Shown here: piece by piece, positions 17,032 to 37,180 of the stretch | Position numbering within the stretch: the first letter of the stretch is position 1 | How the letters are laid out: every line of letters starts with the position of its first letter | Assembly: GCF_009914755.1 (NCBI RefSeq) | Contig: NC_060927.1 | Length of the DNA: 64,000 nt | Reading direction: 5' to 3' (one strand) | Origin: the human T2T-CHM13v2.0 reference genome, Homo sapiens | The notes under the pieces: generated by a model | Database searches by the model: none | The model's input: only the letters and a program-made list of their open reading frames with translations | What the model was told of the DNA's origin: nothing | Position numbers and translations under genes: made by a program

Positions 17032-17412
17032 TGTTAAGGGTTGAATTATGTACCCCTAAGATTTATATCTTGAAGTCCTTAACTGCCAGTACCTCAGAAT
17101 GTGACTGTATTTGGAGAAAGGGTCTTTAAAGAAGTACTTAAAGTAAAATGAGGTAATTAGGGTGGGCCCTAATCTAGTCTGACTGGTGTCCTTATAAGGA
17201 GATTTGGACACAGACACGGAGGAAAGACCTCCTGTGAAAGGCCTTCCTGTGAAGACACAGGAAGAAGGCAAGCCAAAGAGAGAGGCCAAGAAACCAATCC
17301 TGCTCACACCTCGATCTTGGACTTCTTGCTGGCAGAACTGCAAGGAAGTGCATTTCTGTTGTGTGAGCCACCCAGTCTATGGTACTTTGCTATAGAAGCC
17401 CTAGCAAACACA
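17032..17412 (+). mobile_element. MLT1A/B solo LTR
   Basis: tacctcagaatgtgactgtatttggag...agggtgggccctaatc...ggtactttgctatagaagccctagcaaac. Confidence 0.85.
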
Positions 17413-17570
17413 CTGAAGATCTGAGAGGCTGGTACCCTTAACTATTGGTGTCCAAGGACTCCCCTTGGCTGTAATCCAGCCTCCTTCTGCAGCCTTGGGG
17501 TCATCTTACTTCCCACTGAACAGGGCCCCAAGTTGATGGGGGCTTTGTCACTCTAGGGGGCTCATGTACC

Positions 17571-17572
17571 TT

Positions 17573-17623
<51 letters not shown>

Positions 17624-17907
17624 TTGAGATGGAGTCTAACTCTATTGCCCAGGCTAGAGTGCAATGCTGTGATCTTGGCTCAATGCAACCTCCACCTCCC
17701 AGGTTCAAGCGATTCTCCTCCCTCAGCTCCCTGAGTAGCTGTGATTACAGGCACACACCACCACGTCCGGCTAATTTTTTGTATTTTTTAGTAGAGACGG
17801 GGTTTCACCATGTTGGCCAGGCTGGTCTCGAACTCCTGACCTCGTGATCCGCTTGCCTAGGCCTCCCAAAGTGCTGGAATTACGGGGGTGAGCCACTGCG
17901 CCCGGCT
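17571..17907 (-). mobile_element. AluS with (TTTA)n tail microsatellite
   Basis: About 13 TTTA units followed by Alu body. Confidence 0.92.
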
Positions 17908-19466
17908 GTGTCTCTTCTAAAGGAGGCTGTCACCCTCAGCTCCAGCTGGCTTTTCCCAGATCTCCTGGTTTCCCAAGACTAGCCAGAAATCTGCATTCTT
18001 TATGAACACTCCATAGTTTTAAAAGTTGATAATGAATTTAAACATTTTTTTAAACTTTCTTTAGGCCAAACAAAACATTTCTGCAGGTGGGATTGGACTA
18101 TAAATCTGCAGTTTGTAACCTGCAACTGTATTTCTTCCTTATGAGGAGCTACAACAGTCCTGCCCAAAGGACATTTCTATTTCTTGTGGTCAATGAATCC
18201 CTTAGCATTAACTGGGAGCCAGATCAACCTAGGTTAAAAATTCCACTTCTGCCACGTACTAGCTGTATGAACCAGAGGAGGTCACTTTGCCTCTAGTGAC
18301 TCAGTTTCCTCATCTGGAAAGCCGTTGTCAGATAAGTTGAGGGGCAGAGGCATGGCCTGCAAAGGCCAGGCATGCCGTGGGCGTCCCAGAGCAACAGCTC
18401 TTCATGCCACCCTCATCTGTCGTCTGTTCTCTGTTGGCTGGTGTCGGGCTGCCAAGAACACTGTGACAGTTGGGACTGTGTGGGCCTCACCCTGTGATAA
18501 CTAAATCACAAGCAAATATCTCCTGGCCATGACCTTGTTCAGCTGCAGGCCTCTCCTGGGGATGACCTGACCTTGGCGCACTCCTCTCTGAAGTCTGCAG
18601 GCTGAAATAAACCACTGTTGGATGGCTGAAGGGGTTCTACATGCTGCGGGTTAAAATTCCTTCCCTGGGAAGGGGAGGTGCTTGTTTCTATCTATCAGGG
18701 TCACCCTTAGAAACATGCCCTGACATTCACTTCCCCAGCATTGGTTCACAACACCAGTGAGCTCCAAAAGGAGGTCTGCTCCAAAGGCACCCCAGGTTCT
18801 GCCATTAGACTCACTGTTCCACACACATTCATTTGAAGTTCCCATCCAGTGCATAAGGATGGGAAGACACTCTGCTAAATATCTGTCCCGGGAAATATGG
18901 AGTGTTCATAAAGAATGCAGATTTCTGGCTTGTCTTGGGAAACCAGGAGATCTGGGAAAACCAAGTTAATTCTACCCAGAAAGGATGAGGGGGAGGTTGC
19001 ATCCTCCTTTTTGGTACCTTTCATTAAGTAAAACTGACTTTTAGCCTGGGGATCAATCTGAGAACGCAGGTAACAGCGTAGCTGTGATGACCACATTTTT
19101 GCATATGCATCTGGGGGACATGTGGCCATTAGACTTCCTGCAAGCATTCTGTCTGGTCGAAGAGAGCACAGCCAGGTTTTGGAAGCAAAAGGCTCAGTCC
19201 TAGCTTGGTTATTTCCTTGCTGTGTGAGGACCTTGATCAACCTCCTTAACTCTCCAAGCCTCGGTTTTCTTATCTGCAAAATGGGCAAACAGTAATGCCT
19301 GCCTCATTGAGAAGGTAAGAGGAATAAAGGAAAGAATGTCAAATTCTTAGCACAGGGCCGCACTTAGTTGCTAAAACCTGCCACCCCCAAGCTAAGCACT
19401 TTACATGAATTAACTAATTTACTCCTCCCAACATCCTATGCATCATGAGGAATAAAGAGCAAGACA

Positions 19467-19807
<341 letters not shown>

Positions 19808-20282
19808 TCAAGGAAAGATAGGGGCATGGATGATACTGCTCTTTCATCCCTGCTGCCCTTCAAGTCTAAGCGTCCACAGAGGAGCCCAGTGGTATTAAAA
19901 TCATTACAACAATTCAAAACATTCAAAAACAAAACAAGACAAGACAAAGTATTTACAGCATGATTAGATAACCTAATCCACTACTGGGTGGCCCAGGGAG
20001 TTCACGGGTCACCGTGTAAATATTTTTGGGCAATAAAATAGTTACTGTTTTTGAGCATTTCCTAGATGCTGCACTGAATATTTTTTACTTATTGTCTTGC
20101 TTAAACCGCACAACGGTCCACAGGGATGGATGCATTGTTATCCCCATTATATAGAGGAAGAAACTGAGACTCCAAAGGATCAAGTAATTTAGCCACAGAT
20201 GCCACCCATAAGGACGGACCATGCTTCCGACACACATAGGATGACTCCAACATCCTTGCTTTAGTTTCCCAAAGCTGCAGTT

Positions 20283-21080
20283 GGCTTGGACCAAGTGATG
20301 AGCTTTAAATCTGAGCTGGAGATAGCACCACCTCCTAGGGACATCTGCTGACAGCGGGGAGAGGAGTAGGGTTGTGGTGGGGGGAAATTAAGAAACAACT
20401 ATTCAAAATCTGAATAGATCTTCCAAAGTTGCTCTCCTTTTATACAACATCCTTCTTTCTTCCTTCTCCCCTAGAGCTAAATACCTAAAAGAGTGAGCAC
20501 AGTAGAATCAACTTTGGCTTGAATATGGTGTCCCTGAGTAAATACCAGCTGTGCGACAACCTTGAGTACATCTTTTTGGCTTAAGCAAAAAAAGGAGGGT
20601 GCGGGGGGAGGGGTGAGGCTAATGGCATGTATAATTGAAGAGTCCAGGGATACCCTAACTTCAGGTCAGTTTGACATAGGGGCTCAAACCTGTTTTCTCC
20701 CTCTCCATCTCTAATAGCTCTACTTCCAGAGGGTCGGCTCCACCTTAGAGGGGTTTTCCCTGCATGGTGGCAACATAGCTGCTGCAGCTCCTGCCCTACA
20801 TCCTCCTAGATTCCTGTCTATCAGGAAAGTGCCGCAGTTCCAGCAGTCCCAGCAGAAGTTGTATTATGTTTTAGTGGCACGAATGGGGCCACTGCCCAGC
20901 CCTGAACCAATCCTTGGGGTCAGAGGATCATGATGAGCTGATCGGCTTCGACCAAGTGATGAGCTTTAAATCTCAGTTGGAGATAGCACCACCTCCTAGG
21001 GGCATTTGCTGAATATGGGGAGAGGAGTGGTTTTGGGGTGGGGGGAAATTAAGAAACAATTATTCAAAGTCTGAATGGAT
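20283..21080 (+). repeat. ~137-bp dispersed direct repeat (20283-20419 / 20944-21080)
   Basis: accaagtgatgagctttaaatct...ggggggaaattaagaaacaa.tattcaaa.tctgaat.gat occurs twice, ~85-90% identical. Confidence 0.92.
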
Positions 21081-21154
21081 TCCAGACATGCTTGACAAAA
21101 GGGCAATCTCTCCATGCTTAAATTCCCACTTTGGTAAAATGGGAATTATGATAG

Positions 21155-22555
<1,401 letters not shown>

Positions 22556-22869
22556 AGACAGCATCTACCTTAGTTGATGTGGGAATTAAAAGGGATAATA
22601 CTACAAAGTTCTAGGAGTATTTGGCTTTTAGTAAGTACCAGTTAATAAACAGGAGCACAAAAAGTATGTTTTTGTGGGGCATGGCAGCTCACACCTGTAA
22701 TCCCAGCAATTTGAGAGGCTCAGGTGGGAGGATTGTTTGAGCCCAGGAATTCAAGACCAGCCTGGGCAACACAGTGAGACCCCATCTCTACAAAAAAAAA
22801 TAAAAAATTAGCCCGGTGTGGTGGCGCATGCCTGTAGTGCTAGTGCAAAAACCTATGTTTTTATTTTTT

Positions 22870-24075
<1,206 letters not shown>

Positions 24076-24886
24076 AATTATTCATTAAATCAATTAATGA
24101 TTAAATCATTAGATGATTCCATGTATGAATGAATATTCTTGTTTCCTGGCTGTTTAATCACTCTGATACCCTTTGGTACATATTTTTAATTCAATTTAAT
24201 CCAACACATTTATTGGACATCTATTAAGTTTCAGATATAGTAATTGGGACTGGAGGTTTTCAAAGACATAGGAGACAAGCAGTTGATCTTCTCAAAGACA
24301 CACACTTGAGAGAAGGAAACAGATAATAATTGCAGCTGCAATAGCTAACACTTATACTTCACTTACAATTGTGCCAGGCACAAAGAATGATCTCCAGTCT
24401 AATTATAAATATGCATGCCTATATATTTGTATATACATTTTGTTCATGTAATCTTCACAGCAACCCTTGAGGGAGGTACTGGCATATTTTCATTCTTTAG
24501 GTGGGAACACTGATGCACAGAGTGGGTCAGTAACTTGCCTGAGGTCACACAGCTAGTAAATGGCATGCTGAGACTTGAAGCCCAGGAAGCCTGGCTCTGG
24601 GGTCCACGGCTTTGACCACTATGCTCAATTGCCCATTCAGGGCGATACTGCTCCAATGTCATGGAGTTCTGGAATGGCAGGAGCATAAGAACTGAGGGTA
24701 CTCTCATGTCTCCCCTTGCACAACTTGAGTTCTGTCATCATACCTTCCCCTTGCCAGCCTCTGTCCATGATCACAACCTGGAGACCCCAGGAAAAGATGC
24801 CCCAGCTCTGGCTCCAGAATCAAGTTCTGCGTCGTGACCTCTCTGCTTCTCTTTCTCTCCTGCAGCAAAGTAGAAACACCACAGTG

Positions 24887-25260
24887 TGTTGTGGATTAAA
24901 GTGTGTCCCTCCCCAACTCATCTGTTAAAACCCTAACCCCCAATGTGACTGCATTTGTAGATAGGGCCTTTAAAGAGATAATTAAAGGTAAATGAGGTCA
25001 TGAGAGTGGGACCCTAATCTAATAGGACTGTGCCCTTATGAGAATAAGGACAGACACCAGGGAAGCACCTGCACTGGGAAAAGGCCACAAGAGGACACAG
25101 CAAGAAAGTGGCCATAGGCAAGCCGAAAGGAGAAGAGAAAAACAAACCTGCTCACACTTGATCTTGGCCTTCCAGTCTCCAGAACTGTGAGACATAAATT
25201 CTGTTGTTTAAGCCACCTAGTGTGTGATATTTTATTATTACAATCTAGGAAGCTAACACA
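24887..25260 (+). mobile_element. MLT1A-type solo LTR
   Basis: cctaacccccaatgtgactgcatttgtagatagggcctttaa...agaactgtgagacataaattctgttgtttaagccacc. Confidence 0.85.
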
Positions 25261-25562
25261 CTGCTAGACATCTGCTCCTTTTAGGGACGAAGCTGACCTG
25301 GCCCTGGCTGGGAGAGACAGTGACTCAGAGAGGAAAGGTCTGAAATGTGGGCCCTTCTTGAAAATCTTGCCTGGAGGTGGGCACTGGGTTGGGCCTCTGG
25401 AAGAATCTCATCAAACCAGGGGTGTGCATCAGCCAGCTCACATGCTCCCAAGAGCTGATTTGAAAATTTCCAGGAATTTTGCAAGCTGCTTATTAAACAC
25501 AGCCATTATTAAAAATAACAGAAACCTTCACTAAACAAAGTATGTTAAAAATAAAGGTAATA

Positions 25563-25601
25563 TAGACCAGTTTACTAAAGTGAAAAAAGAAAAAAAAAAT
25601 A
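25563..25601 (+). other. 20-nt retroposed fragment plus poly-A, 16-bp TSD
   Basis: AAAAATAAAGGTAATA at 25547-25562 and 25602-25617 flanks TAGACCAGTTTACTAAAGTG plus an A-tail; preceded by TT/AAAA. Confidence 0.75.
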
Positions 25602-26458
25602 AAAAATAAAGGTAATAATACTACGAACCATCCCTTCCTAAGTATTTTGCTATATTTTACTATTATGTGTGATTGAGATTATTTATATCTACTGTTATCT
25701 GTAGTGGATACACCACATAATGGTGTGCTATTATGCATCTCTTCCCACATCCACATTCAGTGACACCACACATCAAGGTAGGAGCATTTACACCACAGAC
25801 AGTGGCAAACACTGTGAATCAGAGGTTAAGCTACCATCGTCAACTGTCTAGACTTAGGAAAGTGATAAAGAAAATGTTGATACCAAGTGTCTTGTGTATG
25901 CAGCTGTTACATTATGAATAGCACAAAGAATTAGAAAATACTCTTCCAATACTGAAGAACTATTAACCAATTAAGCAAAGAAGTCTCTATGCCATTGATA
26001 AATGCATATTTCTTTGTTGTTTCACTGTCATCTTACTCTTTTTTTTTTTTTTTTTTTTGAGACGAAGCTTCGTTCTTATTCCCCAGGCTGGAGTGCAATG
26101 GCATGTGATCTCGGCTCACTGCAACCTGCACTTCCCAGGTTCAAGTGAGTCTTCTGCCTCAGCCTCCTGAGTAGCTGGGATTACAGGCTCCCACCACCAC
26201 ACTCAGCTAAATTTTTGTATTTTTAGTAGAGATGGGGTTTCTTTTATTATTATTATTATACTTTAAGTTCTAGGGTACATGTACACAATGTGCAGGTTTG
26301 TTACATATGTATACATGTGCCATGTTGGTGTGCTGCACCCATTAACTTGCCATTTATATTAGGTATATCTCCTAATGCTTTCCCTCCCCCCTTCCCCCAC
26401 CCCACAACAGGCCCCGGTGTATGATGTTCCCCTTCCTGCGTCCAAGTGTTCTCCTTGT

Positions 26459-30278
<3,820 letters not shown>

Positions 30279-30341
30279 TATGATGTTAGCTGGTTATTTT
30301 GCTCGTTAGTTGATGCAGTTTCTTCCTAGCATCGATGGTCT

Positions 30342-31356
30342 TTACAATTTGGCATGTTTTTGCAGTGGCTGGTACCGGTTGTTCCTTTCCATGTTTAGTG
30401 CTTCCTTCAGGAGCTCTTGTAGGGCAGGCCTGGCGGTGACAAAATCTCTCAGCATTTGCTTGTCTGTAAAGGATTTTATTTCTCCTTCACTTATGAAGCT
30501 TAGTTTGGCTGGATATGAAATTCTGGGTTGAAAATTCTTTTCTTTATGAATATTGAATATTGGCCCAACTCTCTTCTGGCTTGTAGAGTTTCTGCCAAGA
30601 GATCCACTGTTAGTCTGATGGGTTTCCCTTTCTGGGTAACCTGACCTTTCCCTCTGGCTGCCCTTAACATTTTTTCCCTCATTTCAACTTTGGTGAATCT
30701 GACGATTATGTGTCTTGGAGGTGCTCTTCTCAAGGAGTATCTTTGGGGTGTTCTCTCTATTTCCTTAATTTGAATGTTGGCCTGCCTTGCTAGGTTGGGG
30801 AAGTTCTCCTGCATAATATCCTGAAGAGTGTTTTCCAACTTGGTTCCATTCTCCCCATCACTTTCAGGTACACCAATCAGACGTAGAGTTGTCTTTTCAC
30901 ATAGTCCCATATTTCTTGGAGGCTTTGTTCATTTCTTTTTATTCTTTTTTCTCTACACTTCTGTTCTCACTTCATTTCATTCATTTGATCTTCAATCACT
31001 GATACCCTTTCTTCCAGTTGATCAAATTGGCTACTGAAGCTTGTGCATTCGTCACGTAGTTCTCGTGCCATGGTTTTCAGCTCAATCAGGTCATTTAAGG
31101 ACTTCTCCACACTGGTTATTCTAGTTAGCCATTCATCTAATCTTTTTCCAAGGTTTTTAACTTCTTTGCGTTGGGTTGGAGCTTCCTCCTTTAGCTCAGA
31201 GAAGTTCGAGTGTCTGAAGACTTCTTCTCTCAACTCGTCAAAGTCATTGTCCATCCAGTTTTGTTGCGTTGCTGGTGAGGAGCTGTGTTCCTTTGGAGGG
31301 GGAGACGTGCTCTGATTTTTAGAATTTTCAGCTTTTCTGCTCTGTTTTTTCCCCAT
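30342..31356 (-). pseudogene. L1 ORF1 remnant, disrupted
   Basis: MGKKQSRKAENSKNQS...; LRLIGVPESDGENGTKLENTLQDIMQENFPNLARQ; split across frames. Confidence 0.95.
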
Positions 31357-33084
31357 CTTTGTGGTTTTATCTACTTTTGGACTTTGATGATGGTGACCGA
31401 CAGATGGGGTTTTGGTGTGGATGTCCTTTCTGTTTGTTAGTTTTCCTTCTAACAGTCAGGACCCTCAGCTGCAGGTCTGTTGGAGTTTGCTAGAGGTCCA
31501 CTCCAGACCCTGTTTGCCTGGGTATCAGCAGCGGAGCCTGCAGAACAGCACATATTGCTGTACAGCAAATGTTGCTGCCTGATCATTCCTCTGGAAGCTT
31601 CATCTCAGAGGGGTACCCAGCCATGTGAGGCGTCAGTCTGCCCCTACTGCGGTGTGCCTCCCAGTTAGGCTACTTGCAGGCTACTCAGAGGTCAGGGACC
31701 CACTTGAGGAAGCAGTCTGTCCGTTCTCAGATCTCAAACTCCATGCTGGGAGAACCACTACTCTCTTCAAGTCCCTGTCAGACAGGGACATTTAAGTCTG
31801 CAGAGGTTTCTGCTGTCTTTTGTTCGGCTATGCCCTGCCCCCAGAGGTGGAGTCTACAGAGGCAGGCAGGCCTCCTTGAGCTGCGGTGGGCTCCACCCAG
31901 TTCGAGCTTCCTGGCCACTTTGTTTACCTACTCAAGCCTCAGCAATAGTGGGCGCCCCTCCCCAAGCCTCACTGCCGCCTTGCAGTTCGAACTCAGACTG
32001 CTGTGCTAGCAATGAGCAAGGCTCCATGGGCGTGGGACCCTCCGAGCCAGGCGCGGGATATAATCTCCTGGTGTGCCATTTGCTGAGACCATTGGAAAAG
32101 TGCAGTATTAGGGTGAGAGTGACCCGATTTTCCAGGTGCCGTCTGTAACCCCTTCCCTTGGCTAGGAAAGGGAATTCCCTGACCCCTTGCACTTCCTGGG
32201 TGAGGCGATGCCTCACCCTGCTTTGGCTCACACTCAGTGGGCTGCACCCACTGTCCTGCCCCCACTGTCCAATGAGACCCAGTGAGATGAACCCAGTACC
32301 TCAGTTGGAAATGCAGAAATCACCCGTCTTCTGCGTTGCTCATGCTGGGAGCTATAGACTGGAGCTGTTCCTATTCGGCCATCTTGGAACCGCAGAGATG
32401 GGGTTTCACCACGTTGCCCAGGCTGGTCTCAAACTCCTGACCTCAGGTGATCTGCCTGCCTTGGCCTCCCAAAGTACTGGGATTACAGGTATGAGCCACT
32501 GCGCCTGGCCTCTTACTCTTTAACATAAGCAAAAATATCAACCAACATTCGTATCCAAACTGCACTCACTCATGATTTGCAACTATTGGTTGGCTACTGA
32601 TATGGGAGTTGAGCAAAGTCTATAAAAGTATTTTGTGAAAATCAACTGGCTGTGTGGAATTTATAAGAAAGACTTTTGCACATTTTATTATTCTCAAATT
32701 GTTTACTCAGTAAAATTTCTTAAAAATATATGCAAGAGCATATGTAGCTTTTCTGAAGCAGCATTTATTAAACATTTACTGGCACACCATTGCATTAAAC
32801 TCTCCCCATTTGAGGAGATTGGGCCCCAGAGGGTAGACATGCCCGCCCAAGACATGGGCGGATCCATGACCCCCACCCTGCTCCTCCCACCCCATCAAGG
32901 CTACTTCTGCCATCTAATACCAGCCCTTCCAGGGGGGATTGTAAAAGGATGGCCCAGTGAGACAGGAAAATTCTCTGGGGTTCAACCATTTACAATTATT
33001 CCTGAAACCGTCTGGGTGCCATACAAATAGCTAAGCCATAAATCATAAGAGGTGCATAAAATCATATGAAGTTAAACATACAGC

Positions 33085-33630
33085 TAAACAAAATCCAGCA
33101 ATTTCATTTCTAGGTATTTACCCAAGAGAAATAAAAACATATGTGCCCACAAAACTTACATATGAATGCTCATAGCAGATTTATTCCCAATATCCCCAAA
33201 CTGGAAACAACCCAAATGTCCATCAAAAGGCACTGGATAAACAAACTGTGATATATTCCACATAATAGAATACTACTCAGCAATAAAAATGAATGGACCA
33301 TTGATCCACAGAAAAATATGGATGAATTTCAAATAATTATGCTGAGTAAAAGAGCCAAACATAAATGAGTGCATGCTGTGTGATTCCACTTTATATAACA
33401 TTCTAGAAAAGCCAAACATTGAAGGACAGAAACCAGGTTAGTATTTGCTGGGTACTGGAAGGGACAGACTGCTAAGTGGCAGAGGGGAGGGAATTGTTGG
33501 AGGATGGAAAGGCTACATATCTTGAGTTTGGTGAGGATTCCACAGGTGTACCCACTTGCCAAAACTGTGCTTGAACATGAGTGCATTTTATTATATGAAA
33601 GCTATACCTCACCAAAGCTGATTTTAAAAG
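33085..33630 (+). mobile_element. Old L1M 3' fragment
   Basis: ctaggtatttacccaagagaaataaaaac...aaactggaaacaacccaaatgtccatcaa. Confidence 0.8.
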
Positions 33631-33787
33631 TACTAGGTATGTAACCTTGGTCAAGTTATTCTGCTTTCCTGGGCCTCAGTTTCCTCATCTGTAAAATGTA
33701 ATAATAGTTGCTATACTGTGAAGATTAAAGAAGAGACTATGGGTAAACCCTTAGAACAATGCCTCACACACAGGTGTGTACAATTAA

Positions 33788-34662
<875 letters not shown>

Positions 34663-34804
34663 CTAGTTTACGTTGCTTGTTGGTTTTTGTTAAACTATAA
34701 CTAATCCAGTAACAGGTATTCATTCATGCAATAAATCAACAAATATTTATTAAGCACCTACTACATTCTAGGCATTGTTCTAAACACTTGAAATGCAAAA
34801 GTGG

Positions 34805-35335
34805 GCTAAGTGCAGTGGCTCACGCCTATAATCCCAGCACTTTGCGAGGCCTTGGATCAGGAGTTCAAGATCAGCCTGGGCAACATAGCAAAATCCTGTC
34901 TCTACAAAAAATACAACAAAGCCAGGCATGGTGACACGTGCCTGTTGTCTCAGCTTCTTGGGAGGCTGAGATGGGAGGATTACCTGGGCCTGGGAAGGTG
35001 AGGCTGCAGTGAGCTGTGATTGTACCTCTGCACTCCAACCTGGGTGACAGACTGAGACCCAGTCTCAAAAATAGAAAGGAAGGAAGGAAGGAAGGAAGGA
35101 AGGAAGGAAGGAAGGGTAAGGGTAGGGAAGGGAAGGGAAAGAAAGGAAAGGAAAGGAAAGGAAAAGAGAGAGAGAGAGAAGAAAAGGAAGAAGCAAAGAG
35201 AAAGAGAGGAAGGAAGCAAGGAAGGAAGGCAGGAAGGCAGGAAGGAAGGAAGGAAAGAAGGAAGGAAGGGGAGGGGAGGGAGGAAGGAAGGAGGGAGGGA
35301 GGGAGCAAGGAAGGAAGAAAGGAAAGAAGGAAAGA
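34805..35335 (+). repeat. AluJ whose tail expanded into a ~260-bp purine-rich (GGAA/GAAA) tract
   Basis: Alu body 34805-35072, then near-pure A/G run. Confidence 0.9.
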
Positions 35336-35577
35336 CACTAGTGAACAAAATAGATGAAGATTCTTGCTTAGTGTCTCCATGCTGTTAAAGGAAGACAAAC
35401 AATAAATAATAAGAAAATAAATAAGTAGATTATGTAGCATATTAGAAGATACATGATATGGGGGAAAAGCAATAGAATAGGGTAACAGAAAAGAGGGTTG
35501 AGGGCTCATGTAGGCTGCAATTTTAAGGAAGGTGGCCATGGGAGGCTTTACTGAATAGATGATATTTGAGCAAAACC

Positions 35578-35882
35578 TTTTTTTTTTTTTTTTTTTTTTT
35601 TTGAGATGGAGTCTCACTCTGTCACCCAGGCTGAAATGCCTTGGTACTATCTCAGCTCACTGCAACCTCCCTCCTGGGTTCAAGCGATTCTCCTGCCTCA
35701 GCCTCCCAAGTAGCTGGGACTACAGATGCCCACCACCACGCCCAGCTAATTTTTGTATTTTTAGTAGAGACGGGGTTTCACCATGTTGGCCAGGCTGGTC
35801 TCGAACTTCCAATCTGAAGTGACTCACCCTCCTCCGACTCCCAAAGTGCTGGGATTACAGGCGTAAGCCACCACGCTCAGCC
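35578..35882 (-). mobile_element. AluS
   Basis: Full dimer; TSD ttgagcaaaa.c. Confidence 0.9.
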
Positions 35883-37102
35883 TTGAGCAAAAACTTGAAG
35901 GAGGTATTCAACAGAATTATGAAAGAAGGAAGAGAGGCCGGCAGGGAGGGAAGAAATGAGGATCATAATTTCCCAATTATCTGTCAATTGCCTAAAGCTG
36001 AGCATTAATTCTCTGGGGGCATGTTGGGGGGTGGTCATGCTCTTTCTGCTATATCAGTTTGAATGATATCATTGGAGCATAAACACTGAGAAAATGACAA
36101 CTGAGGTGAAGAATGTCTGCAAATTACAGAAAGGCATATTGACACACTGAATCTGAAACACCTGGATTCAGAAGTCACCTCAGCCACCTACTAGCTGAGT
36201 GACCTCTGGCAAGTCACTCGACCTCTGAGGGGCTCAGTTTCCTACCTGCAGGAAGGCAACAACGGTCCCCTTGCCAATACCTTAGGGATTAGAGGAGATA
36301 GCAGAGAGGTCGGGCTCTAGCATAATTCCCGGTGCACGAAGTGCTGCCTTTCTACTTGGGACTCCATTTAGATCCTGTGGCTGCCCAGGGTGCTGTCACC
36401 TTCATTCTGACCACCAAAAGCTCGGGAACAATTACTGGCCTCCTCGCTGCAGTCCCAATGCTGTTTCTCTGGCTCTTCAATTAGCACGTGCAATTTCAAC
36501 ACTTCTCCAAATAGGTGATTTTAAATCCATATTCAATAATTTATAGAAATGGATGCTTCCCCCCTCCCCCTTTTTAAGCACTTTAAAGAGATGGCCCATC
36601 TCCTGACACTTGACAGAGCTGATGAGCAATCTATCCCACAGCAGAGTGGTTCTACTTTTGTCAGAGCTGGGCCTCCTGGGGAGACCCAGGAGAAAAGAAA
36701 GCTTTCTAAAACATTTTAATTGTAAGTGGAGTTCATTAGTTTAGATCCCATTACAATAAATTATCATCTGATGCTTTAAGTCTTAACAAAATGGACACTG
36801 CAATGATTAGAGGCCCCTATGTTTGCAGAAAGACCCTATAATAAACCCACACTTGGTGATAACAACAGAAGATTGGTCCTCAACCAAACCAGTTATTTTT
36901 CCCTAGAGGTAAAGCCTCCACTTGAAGGTAAAAATAGAAGCCTGCATTTCTTAATTTTCACAGAAGAACCTTAACATTGGCGTCCACTGGCAAATTTAAT
37001 CGTGGCAGCTGCCTGCTTAAAACCCTCCAGCTTTCATCACACTTTGGAGAGAGTTCCGTCAAAGAATAATGTTGAGAAGATAAAAACCTGGCTTTGAAAC
37101 TA

Positions 37103-37180
37103 ATATAGAACAAGCATGTGTCAAATATTTAACTGATTAATATATAGAACAAGCATGTGTCAAATATTTAACTGATTAAT
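37103..37180 (+). repeat. Perfect 39-bp tandem duplication
   Basis: ATATAGAACAAGCATGTGTCAAATATTTAACTGATTAAT x2. Confidence 0.97.

Noticed and set aside
34871-35617. 248-aa ORF, the longest in the track
   Set aside because: Translation of a pyrimidine microsatellite plus Alu; low complexity
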